Shown: positions 10,149 to 20,003 of the stretch, piece after piece
Position numbering within the stretch: the stretch's first letter is position 1
Layout of the letters: every line of letters starts with the position of its first letter
Assembly: GCA_964035545.1 (NCBI GenBank)
Contig: OZ037765.1
Location: 33,665,504 to 33,729,503 of the forward strand
Source of the DNA: Bugula neritina
Lineage: Eukaryota; Animalia; Bryozoa
Length of the DNA stretch: 64,000 nucleotides
Direction: 5' to 3'
The notes under the pieces: model-generated
Database searches by the model: none
Told to the model about the DNA's origin: nothing
The model's input: the letters and a program-made list of their open reading frames with translations, nothing else
Program-made: the position numbers and the translations under genes

Positions 10149-13100
10149 ATGGCGTTGTTGGAGAGAGTGACACAGATGGGTAAAGATCTTGGACTGGTGG
10201 AGGACAAGCTCGTAGCTTTTGTTGAAAAGAACCTACCCATTGTTGCTGCACAAGAGGAAAAAGAAAAGGCACGAGAGGAAAAAGAAAAAGACCGAGAGGA
10301 AAAAGAAAAGGACCGAGAGGAGCGTAGATTAGAGCGTGAGGCGGAAAGGATCAAGCAAGAAAATGAGAAAGCCATAATGGAGATGAAGATAAAAGCTGAT
10401 CAGGAGGCAATGGCACTCAAGATAAAAGCTGACCAGGAGGCAGAAGAGAGAAGACAACAACATGAATTAGATATGGAAAAGCTGAAAGCTAACACAAGTT
10501 TGGAGCACTCAAGACATGAGAGCACCAGGTTAGAAATAGCTAACAAACCAAAACCAAAAATACCATTCTTTGATGAGAAGGTGGATGAAATGGATAGCTA
10601 TTTAGAGCGGTTCGAGTGGGTTGCCGAAGGATGTAACTGGGACAAGGGAGATTGGCCCTACCATCTCAGTCAGTACCTAAGGGGTACAGCAACAGAAGCT
10701 TACATCCGGTTATCACCTACCGACCGTAGAGATTATAAAAAAGTCAAAGAAGCCTTGTTGGAGCGCTTTAACTTGACTCAAGAGGGCTACAGAAAAAAGC
10801 TCAGAGAGGCAGAAGCTTACGAAGATGAAACTCCTGCCCAACTATTCACTAGGATAGAAACTTATGTGCACAAGTGGGTAGAACTTTCAGGGGGCATGGA
10901 CATAGCCAAACTAGTGGCGACTGAACAATTTATATCATCATGCCCAGACGACCTAGCTGTGCATTTAAAGCAAAGTTCCTACAACAGCAGTGAGGATATG
11001 TGTGATGCAGCGTCACTGTTTTTGCACGCCCGTGGAAGAAAACTAGCAAAGACAAAGAAAACTAATACAAAAAGGATGGAAAACACACCTGCCGGTAGCA
11101 TGAATGCTGAACAAGGAAGTAAAAGTGATGGTGCATGCTTCATCTGCAAAGATAAGTCACACATTGCTCGTAACTGCCCACGGCGAGGGAAGAAGTACTG
11201 TTCACATTGCAAGATGAACAATCACAATACTTCAGACTGCAGAAAATATGGTGGAAGGTCAGTACATGCTGCTGCTGCAATAGCGACTACTCAGAATAAG
11301 ACTATGGTCACAGATCCAGGAATGTCATCTAAAGTGGAAGAACCTACGGAAATCACAGTTAACGGTAAAAAGTTTGTCAACGCTGCTGTCTGCAAGAATG
11401 GACCTAAATTCAAAGATGGGGGCACAGCAATATTTGATGCGGAAGTTAATGGCCAACGAGCTACTGCAATGCGTGACACCGGCTGTGGTTGCATTGTAGT
11501 CAATGCAAAGTATGTGCAGCCTCAACACTTAACTGGAGAATCAGTTTATCTGAATATGGCTGATGCAAGTGTTAGGGAGGCTCAATGGGCACTTATCTCA
11601 GTACGCTCACCATTTTACAATGGTGTCGTCAAAGCTGCAGTAATGGACAAGACGATTTGTGACCTGCTTATTGGGAATGTGGATGGAGCGAGATCAGCTG
11701 ACCAGCCCCTGGAAAACTGGAAGGACTGCGCCGTAACCACAAGAGCTCAAGCTGTCAAGGAAAAGTCAGGAGACAAACCACTGATGGTTGATTCAAATGC
11801 TAACCCATTAAGTATAGGGAAAGATGAGATAGCCAGACTGCAGAGGGATGACCCCACATTGGAGCGTTTCTTCGATGCAAAAGAAGTGAAGGAGAAAAAG
11901 GGAGGCATCACTAGGTTTGTGGTGAGGAATAAGATTCTGTACCGTGAGTACACCGACTCGAAGTCTGTCAGTGTAAAACCTGTTAAACAACTCATGGTAC
12001 CCAGTTCACTGAGGAAGGAAGTTCTACAGAAAGCTCATGACTGCATAATGAGCGGACACCTAGGAGTAAAGAAAACCACTGATAGAGTGCTTTCCAACTT
12101 CTTCTGGCCAGGACTAAACGGAGATGTCGTACGTTTCTGTCAATCATGTGACATTTGCCAGAAGACGGTGAAAAAAGGCTCAGTCATGAAAGTTCCAGTA
12201 CAGGAAACACCACTAATTGACACCCCATTCAAGAGATGTGCGATAGACCTAGTCGGACCAATTAACCCTCCAAGTGAGAAAGGACACCGCTACATCCTAA
12301 CTTTAGTTGACTATGCTACAAGATACCCTGAAGCTACACCATTGAAGAACATTGACTCAGCTACTGTAGCTGAAGCGCTGCTTGACATATACAGTCGTGT
12401 TGGGATACCAGAGGAGGTGATAAGCGATCAAGGAACTCAATTCATCTCAGACTACATGAAAGAGTTTACCAGATTACTTGACATGCGGCAACTTCCTACC
12501 TCACCATACCATGCAATGGCCAATGGACTTGTGGAAAAGTTCAACGGAACCCTCAAGAGTATGTTAAAAAAGTTGTGTGCTAAAGAGCCAAGACAGTGGC
12601 ATCGGTTTATCAATGCGGCTCTATTTGCATATAGAGAAGTCCCACAGGAATCAACAGGCTTCGCCCCATTCGAGTTACTCTATGGAAGAACTGTGCGTGG
12701 ACCAATGTACATCCTGCGACAACTTTGGACAAAAGAAGACACTGCCGATGAAGTCAAGACCTGCTATCAACATGTTTTTGAATTGAGAGAGCGTTTAGAT
12801 GACATGATGGAAATGGCACTAGCTTCGCTAAAAGACAGTCAAAAAAGATACAAACACTATTTTGACAAGAAAGCTAAGCAGAGAGACTTCAAATCTGGTG
12901 ACAAAGTGCTCATTCTTCTACCTACGGATGGAAATAAATTGCTGATGCATTGGCAAGGACCATTCAATATTGAGGAGAAAGTCAGACTGAATGACTACAT
13001 TATCAACATTAGAGGCAAGAGGAGAACATACCATGCCAACATGCTGAAGAAATACTTTGAGCGGGAGACGCCTACCGACTCTATGACTGTTGGAGCTGTG

Positions 13101-13277
13101 ATGACTCTAGATGCTGCTGGTGCTGGAATTATTGATTACGATAAGGAAAGAGAAGGCGAAGATGATTTGTTGGATCTGTACAATAAGAAACAACAGAGTG
13201 ATGAGATGGAATATGTATTCACAAAACTTCAGAATCAAGGTGGAGTCAATCAAAGGAAAGGACAATGTTGGAGCTGA
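10149..13277 (+). CDS. Gag-protease-integrase polyprotein (1042 aa), no RT
   Basis: Coiled coil, capsid/SCAN-like region, two CCHC knuckles (CFICKDKSHIARNC, CSHCKMNNHNTSDC), protease AMRDTGC, IN zinc finger (H..GH...CDIC), DDE core (AIDLVGP, ISDQG, VEKFN), GPF module. Confidence 0.93.
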   Translation: MALLERVTQMGKDLGLVEDKLVAFVEKNLPIVAAQEEKEKAREEKEKDREEKEKDREERRLEREAERIKQENEKAIMEMKIKADQEAMALKIKADQEAEERRQQHELDMEKLKANTSLEHSRHESTRLEIANKPKPKIPFFDEKVDEMDSYLERFEWVAEGCNWDKGDWPYHLSQYLRGTATEAYIRLSPTDRRDYKKVKEALLERFNLTQEGYRKKLREAEAYEDETPAQLFTRIETYVHKWVELSGGMDIAKLVATEQFISSCPDDLAVHLKQSSYNSSEDMCDAASLFLHARGRKLAKTKKTNTKRMENTPAGSMNAEQGSKSDGACFICKDKSHIARNCPRRGKKYCSHCKMNNHNTSDCRKYGGRSVHAAAAIATTQNKTMVTDPGMSSKVEEPTEITVNGKKFVNAAVCKNGPKFKDGGTAIFDAEVNGQRATAMRDTGCGCIVVNAKYVQPQHLTGESVYLNMADASVREAQWALISVRSPFYNGVVKAAVMDKTICDLLIGNVDGARSADQPLENWKDCAVTTRAQAVKEKSGDKPLMVDSNANPLSIGKDEIARLQRDDPTLERFFDAKEVKEKKGGITRFVVRNKILYREYTDSKSVSVKPVKQLMVPSSLRKEVLQKAHDCIMSGHLGVKKTTDRVLSNFFWPGLNGDVVRFCQSCDICQKTVKKGSVMKVPVQETPLIDTPFKRCAIDLVGPINPPSEKGHRYILTLVDYATRYPEATPLKNIDSATVAEALLDIYSRVGIPEEVISDQGTQFISDYMKEFTRLLDMRQLPTSPYHAMANGLVEKFNGTLKSMLKKLCAKEPRQWHRFINAALFAYREVPQESTGFAPFELLYGRTVRGPMYILRQLWTKEDTADEVKTCYQHVFELRERLDDMMEMALASLKDSQKRYKHYFDKKAKQRDFKSGDKVLILLPTDGNKLLMHWQGPFNIEEKVRLNDYIINIRGKRRTYHANMLKKYFERETPTDSMTVGAVMTLDAAGAGIIDYDKEREGEDDLLDLYNKKQQSDEMEYVFTKLQNQGGVNQRKGQCWS

Positions 13278-13308
13278 TTATCTAAGCCGAATTGACTCAG
13301 AATTTTAA
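13186..13308 (+). pseudogene. Out-of-frame RNase H C-terminal remnant
   Basis: NNRVMRWNMYSQNFRIKVESIKGKDNVGADYLSR* matches the Ty3 RNase H tail R-x2-RW...G-x2-N-x2-AD-x-LSR. It lies downstream of IN, as in Gmr1-type order. Confidence 0.85.
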
Positions 13309-13354
13309 GTAGTTAGGAGAAATGATCAAGATAATTTCTCTTAGAATGGGGGGT

Positions 13355-13905
13355 TGTCACAAATTCTGAGTGGACATATACCTATAGACTTACCGGGTTT
13401 TTCCTAATGATTATACACGAATGTTCATAAATATTCTAGACTGATCAAAGAGATGGGTCATTGTTCATTGTTATTGTTTTCATTAGTCATGTTAACTACT
13501 GCCCAGCAATGTAAACAAGGTGTTGCGCAATAATTGCGAAATAACCATGGAAATTCCAATGTTTTGTTTTGTTTTGATTTTCTATAAATAGTACTGGCAT
13601 GTGGGGAATGTTTTGTACTAGAATCTTCTATACTGGAATGCTTGAGAATGTTCTAGAGTGTTTTGTTTACTATAAATACTGAGGCAGTTGTGTTTACGAA
13701 TCAGTTCCTTTTTATAAGTTCATTCTCGGAGTTCATTTTTACAAATTCATCTGTGCATATCTTACTAGAGAAATAAAGTCTACTTTATATATCCACAACT
13801 CTATTTACTCACAACTGGATTAGCAAGCTGTATGCTACTTGTCTATACACTTCTGACTACCAGACTTTTCGAACTCGTCACACTGCTACCAACAGTTTTG
13901 TGACA
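13355..13905 (+). repeat. 3' LTR of inner element
   Basis: Matches 9502-10052. Confidence 0.96.
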
Positions 13906-13910
13906 ACCAC

Positions 13911-15744
13911 CAACCTCCTTAGCCGTCAGTTCTTTGACACCCTCAGCGCTAAGGTCAAGGACAGGTTGGCACCGTACGAGGGGGATCACGGCACCTTGGC
14001 AGACGGGTCGTGCATTCCCTTCTACGGCATTATTGAGCTAACTGGTTACGTCCGTAACCAGGCCATCCAGGAGACGTTTATCGTCGGGCAGCTCAACGAG
14101 GATGCTATCCTCGGGATGCCATTCTTACAACGACACGGTTGTCGCATTGATTTCAGTAAATCTGCGATGATCATGGGCGACAAGGAGCTCGCTTGTGTCG
14201 ATAAGTTTGGTCGTCCTCTAGCGGGAGCAGTGCAGGTAGTACGGAGCTGTACTATACCAGGCCACTCCCGGGCTACCGTCCGCTGCAAGGTAGACGGTGG
14301 CCAAACCTCTAAGTTGGGAGTTGTCGAAAGTACGCACTCGAGAGTCCAACTTGCCCGTAGTTTTAGCCGGCTCACGGGGCAAGGAGAGATCTCAGTGCAG
14401 TGTGTCAACCCCTTCTCAGAGACAGTAGACCTACCACCCAGATCCATGCTGGGTCGCTTCCATCCTGTCCAGGAGGAAGCCATTGGGCCGTCGTCGGGAG
14501 CTACGACGGAAGGTCCTCAACAGAGCCCGTCTCAAGGGCGGAGGACCGTCCCAACCCACGCCTCCCCTCCTCCAGGGACGCGTGGCTGCACAGGCAACGG
14601 GAAGCGCCAGGCTATGGCTAGGTTGCCACATGGGTACAGTGAGGCGTTCAGCCACACAGACCACGGAGCCCGCCTAAATAGAGCAGGCTGCCGTGAGGTA
14701 CCGCGGGCGGCGAGGACCGCCCCTGCTCAGCCACTTCAACAGAGGGCTGACACGCCCCCGGAGGCTGCCCAGAGCCTCCGCGCCAAACCTGTATGGGCTG
14801 GTAACGTTAGGGAGCTGCCGAAGCTTCAGGAATGCCTTCCTGGGGTGGTAGCCGACGTGTACCGAGCGAAACAGGAGGGGCGACGACCCAGTAGTACACA
14901 ACGGCGACAGGGATGCGCCGAGTTACGGCTGTACTGTCAACGTTGGAGCTCTCTGCGGGTCGGGCCAGATGGTCTGCTAACCATGACCTTGGCCACCAAC
15001 AGCAGACAGCCAGCCAGGAAGAGGGTTGTCTGCCCAGTTGCCATCCGCCGGAAGTTGATACAAGACACTCACGAGGAGACTCACGGAGGAGTCCAAGGGG
15101 TGGTCACCAAGCTACAACTCCGGTGGTACTGGCCTAACATGGAACGGGATATCCGACGCAGAGTGAGACGGTGCAAAGTCTGCCAGACCAACAAGCATAG
15201 CCGTCTCCCTGGTAAAGTGGGGCGGCAGACGCATTGTGCGAGAAGGTCTCGGCAGGCGGAGACTGTCAACCTGGCCGGAAACACCTCCATGACACGTCAG
15301 GAAGACTTGGCGAGGCGAGAAAGGCCACTTCCGTCCTTGAAAGTGCGCCCACCGCCCCCAACGTCAAGCCTGCCATCATCACCACTTCCGGAACCAGAAA
15401 CAGGTCCGGAAGTGCAAAAACCCCCCGTGGGAGGGGCTCCGCAAGGAGATGCCAACATAGGACCAGCACCACACACTAGGCAACTTCCAGCGTGTCTCAG
15501 AGACTGTGTACGTGACCGCGGTATAAGCGGCAGTAACAAAAGTCTAGAGAGGCCTCGCGTAGGAAAACAGGCAAAGAGCCGTGGGAGTTGTGATCACCAC
15601 GAGAATCTCAACTTTTGCCTCGGCGGAATCTCACACGAGATTCATCCGCTGGAAGTGAAAAGCCCTAGTCACGTTTCACAACCACGCTGTCCGGTCTTTT
15701 CCTATGTTGATGCAGTCGAGAGTAGACGTGCCAGTAAACAGTAA
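13911..15744 (+). CDS. pol: Outer pol, part 2 (rest of protease, spacer, IN H2C2 zinc finger, degenerate tail)
   Basis: Removing the inner element and one TSD restores DSGCTTNLLS in frame. ILGMPFL protease motif and THEETHGG...WYWPNM...CKVC are present. No YxDD or DDE core. Confidence 0.85.
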
Positions 15745-15767
15745 TCAGATACCACTTTCATTCCAAA

Positions 15768-16815
15768 ATGTCTTACTATTCTGGATCGAAGGGTGAGTTA
15801 ATTATGTTTTTGGTACGATAACTAGACTGCATCAGTCAGCTACACTAGCTAGCTGGAGATTCGATAATGATAAACAGTGGTGGGAATACACGTCGACTTT
15901 GATTTTAAATAATCTGTCATAGCGAGTGTGTTCTCCATCAACTATTCATTAGCCTGAATCTCACGAGTGTAACTGAACAGAGTACCGGTCAGGCTGTACA
16001 CGCCGACGGTGTCTCAGTGTATAATCTTTAACACTGCTACTCTTTCAGATCACACTCGAGTGACCACCTCCCGGTCACGAGACCAGCCAACCTCTCTGTC
16101 TATGGAAGAAGAGCCTGTAATGGAGAATGGCATACCAGTAGTACTCCGCCGACGACACCGTTGGGTGTCAGCCACGACAGAGAGGAGAATTGAAGAAGCC
16201 TGGGGACCCAGTGGACCACACCGAACCTGCCAGGTCTGCTTTGAGGAGTGCCCGTCACACCGCTCCTTGCGTTTACATGTGGATGCCCATTTCCTACTCC
16301 ACTTCTGTCCCTGCGGCTTCCACGACGTCTACCCGTATCCCGTGACAGTACATAAGCTAAGCTGCTTCGCCGGAGAGAACCACACTGTTGATGAAGACAG
16401 TTTCCCCCTATACCTGGATGCCATCAAACCAGTCATCAGGAAGGCTATTACCCTGGCCGCACTAACGTCAGGGTTTCACGTACTGATACTATCTGCCCGC
16501 CATAAGTCCCCTATGGTTCAGGGCCCACCTCCTACCCCCGTCAACCCTAGCAACACCCCAGAAGTAGAAGAAACAACCATATCCCGTATCACGGAGACCC
16601 CCGTAACCCCACCAAGACCTAGCCAGCTGGCTAACGTAGAAGAGCGGCTTCTAAGACTGCAAGCCGAGTTCACACAACTTGCCCCTGACTTGCTGGATAC
16701 GACGACAGGTCTATACCAGTTGAAGGACTCAGTGGGACGACTGAAGAGGCGGCTACGGGCCCGACAGGCTCGACACAGAGCACGGTCGCTACAAGAAGCA
16801 GAGTCCAACCAATGA
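15768..16815 (+). CDS. Accessory ORF3 of outer element: tandem zinc finger plus coiled-coil protein (about 263 aa), probably two exons
   Basis: caaaATG at 15768, exon 1 15768-15792, donor G|GTGAGT, acceptor tctttcAG| at 16048, exon 2 16049-16815. The phase-1 join gives an in-frame GAT. C-x2-C-x12-H-x3-H, then C-x-C-x12-H-x3-C, and a Leu-heptad/basic C-terminus. Confidence 0.72.
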
Positions 16816-17108
16816 GAATGCCTGGGGTAGGCACCTTCGTTGAGCTATAGTTCGTTTAGGATATGACGAGCGCTCCGACATTGGCCCGCGTGCTGGTAAG
16901 CACCCTCTCTCTTAATAGCTGACTAGATGTGTGTGATCGATCACCCTGTTGTCTTCTAATGTAAACGTTGTCGTGTTTAACTATTTCTTTTCTTACTCTT
17001 TGTGGGTTTACTTATGAATATTTCCTTTTTGGATTATTGTATGGTTTTTCATTATGTTTTTTTATTATTGTGTTATCAGAAAGTAGGGCTTTCTGCTGGG
17101 GGGGACGG

Positions 17109-17459
17109 TGTAGTGAGTAGTGCAAGTACAAATACAGGAATCGCCCTCTCCCTATTCTTGGAATACTTGGACTCTTATGTAGCAACCAATTAGCAGCTCC
17201 GGAAGATATGCTTCCGAGTCACGTGACACTTCCCGGGTTAATAAGATTATATCACGTTGTTGTAAGCGGAGGCTTGTAGTAGTAACATGTGTTAGTAGTT
17301 GACTCTTGTATAGGATAATTGATGTGATGTTTGGTTTATGCTGTATTGTGGATAATAAATATACTTACTCGACAGCTACCTTAGTAATTGATAACAGAAT
17401 AACCAGCTAACTATACGCAAGTAAATAACTCACGCTCAGTAATTGCACAAATTACTACA
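17109..17459 (+). repeat. 3' LTR of outer element
   Basis: Matches 7792-8142. Confidence 0.96.
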
Positions 17460-18237
17460 CTATAACTATAGCAAGCTGAAGCTGATCAGAAACTGAGTGA
17501 TCATAACATTGAAATAAAATGCATATGATACTGAGCATTTATCATTCTGATTTTGCAGTAAACATAATGATAAAATATGAGTAATAGAATAATTATATCA
17601 TTATTATTATTATTATTCCCAAACGGTAATAGCTTGGTCTGGTAGCAATCGAGGAAGTAAGCAGGAAATGGTGAATTAAAAATGAATGTAGTTGATGAGC
17701 TTTTAGGAAGTCGATTAACAACATCGTCATTATTCTGAAAATTCACAAGCCTGGTCATAGGGGAAGTTCGTTATTTTGGCGACGGAGCTTCCAGTGTAGA
17801 GTGAAGTCTGGCACTGTAACTTTCAGTAGAGCGGCGCGGTTACCTCTACATACGTAATACTATCGGCTTTGAACTAGAACTATAGTTTCAGTTCAGTGAC
17901 TATTTGTAACTCCAGCGCGTACATTACAGTACTTCTTAGTTATTTACTTATTATGCGGCCTATTATTAGTATTATTAGTAAAATAATACTTATTACTTAT
18001 TAGTTTTAGTAAGTATTACAGTATAACACTAACAGTAACTATAAGACTTGGACTAAGTTATAAGTACTATTAAAACTAAACTGTAATAAGGGAAAGTCTA
18101 TAAGTATAACTTATAGTTTGAGTTATAGACCTTCACCTTAGGCTTTGCCTTATACTTAAAGTTTATACTTATAGTTATACTTATACTTATAGTTATAATA
18201 CTAGTATTATTAATAGTAGTATTACTAATAGTAATAC

Positions 18238-18395
18238 TGAGTCTAGTACTAGTAGTAGTAGACTAGTACTACTAGTAGTAGTAGACTAGTACTACTAGTA
18301 GTAGTAGACAGTAGTACTACTACTAGTAGTAGTACTACTAGTACTGTACTACTACTAGTAGTACTAGTAGTACTCACTACAACTAGTAGTAGTAA
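18238..18395. repeat. Low-complexity (TAC)n/(TAG)n/ACTAGT tract
   Basis: Seen directly. Similar tracts at about 58600 and 63761-64000. Confidence 0.85.
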
Positions 18396-19234
18396 TACTT
18401 ACCACTTACGGACTTACCCTTAGTCTTATTATTTATAGTTACAGTTATACATTATTACTTACACTATGACTTACACTTAATTGTAGTTATAATAAATATA
18501 AGGATTATCATTATAATTATAATCATAAAGCTACTAGTACTAGTACTACTGCTAGAAGTAACAATTGGCTATTGCAAAACCTAATTTAAATTAAACATGC
18601 AAAATTTTAATCACGAGTCACCTTTAGCTTTTCAGTTTGAGCAACAATAATAACCTGGGAATGAGTGCTAGACTGCTAGTCCAGTCAGTAATACTGGTTG
18701 TCATTGTGATCGTGATGCTTGGAGTTAGTTTGTCACTGAGTGCCATGTATTTGTAAGCTATACATATTGACTGATTAGATTAATTATCATACTATTCTTC
18801 AGCATAAATACTCATGATCATAATAATGTAATTTCGATTTCTTGATTCACATTTTTTAGAATTTCTTTTGACTTTTGTTAGTATGGTTTACATCATTTTT
18901 ATTCTGATCTTTGCTTGAAAACCATTCTGCTGCAGTAGTCGAAAAAACTTTAATAGTCTTTATTTTCTTAGTAGATTTTGGTTTAGGGCTTGAATTAAAA
19001 GTCTCGCAAAGACAACTCCTTTCACTACATTTCTAATCTAGAACACGGGCTGTGCACAATTGCTCCTTTTCCGCCATCTGATGTTGTTATTTGAATCTAA
19101 ACTAAGCTTTTCTAATTAATTCTTTTTATGATCAATAAAGGTATTATAGCTCATCTTTCTATAGTACCAGTGTAAATTTTTTGGTTTGGTATGATATCAC
19201 AATTGTGTGTTGAAAGCTTAAATTAGAGTTTTAA

Positions 19235-20003
19235 AGGATTGCTCAATCTTAGTTTATTACAATCACATTATAATTATGAACTATAATTTAATGTGTATGC
19301 AAACAATTGTGACTTTGCAAAGGGATATGTGCCTAGAAAACAGCTTTTCAAAATTCCAATTTTGAGGGCGGTAAAATTTTCAGCCATGAAAAAGAATAGC
19401 CTAATACGTGACGTGTGAACGCCAGTAACTATGCTGCACGTGCTAACTATAACGCTAGTATTCAAGGTTGCTGAGCACAATATCAACCAATAACGCTCAA
19501 GCAGTTACAGTGCGCTATATAGGTCAACTTTGGTGCGCCCGTAATATTGCACAATCTGACCTAGTTTAGATCGATTGCAGGCATTCATCCTAAAGAATGC
19601 ATGCTTTTGCAATGCTTTTTTCTAATGGTTACAAGCAAAATATAGCCTAATGTTATTACATACATGTTATTTAAAATGTCAAAAAGCTATAGATTAAGAG
19701 AATTCACATTTGCACTTCTATAAATATACAAATTACGAGCTGAAAGATCACATCTCACAGTCATATTTCTATAGTAATTCATTTGTATAGTCACGTGACC
19801 AGCAGGAATGCTGGCGCTGTTACGTCACAGTTCCCAGCTCATTTCAAAATCGGCGTTTTGGCTGTTACCAATCTACACCCTCAACTTCAACTAACTTTTT
19901 CTACCTTTGGTCAAATGCTTTTTGTCAATGCATGCTTAGAAAAACACAATATTGTGTGTGTTTGACCTAAATGGCCATTTATTAGACAAGATAGAGCAAT
20001 CCT
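19235..20003. mobile_element. Non-autonomous Kolobok-like DNA transposon (769 bp)
   Basis: TTAA on both sides (19231-19234, 20004-20007). 16-bp TIR AGGATTGCTCAATCTT / AAGATAGAGCAATCCT (15/16). AGG...CCT termini. Confidence 0.7.

Larger units (their letters stand above)
9502..13905 (+). mobile_element. Inner Gmr1-like Gypsy LTR retrotransposon with RT and most of RNase H deleted
   Basis: 551-bp LTRs at 9502-10052 and 13355-13905 (TGTCACAAA...TTTGTGACA), apparently identical. 5-bp TSD ACCAC at 9497-9501 and 13906-13910. PPT AGAATGGGGGG at about 13343-13353. Domain order is Gag-PR-IN-RH tail. Confidence 0.95.
7792..17459 (+). mobile_element. Outer Ty3/Gypsy LTR retrotransposon, non-autonomous (no RT, RNase H or integrase core), interrupted by a nested element
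   Basis: 351-bp LTRs at 7792-8142 and 17109-17459 (TGTAGT...ACTACA), identical on visual comparison. 4-bp TSD CTAT at 7788-7791 and 17460-17463. PBS, G-rich PPT at about 17098-17108, gag and pol remnants. Confidence 0.95.

Noticed and set aside
16009-16815. ORF3 as an env gene
   Set aside because: No signal peptide, furin/fusion-peptide arrangement or C-terminal transmembrane anchor. It has zinc-finger motifs instead.
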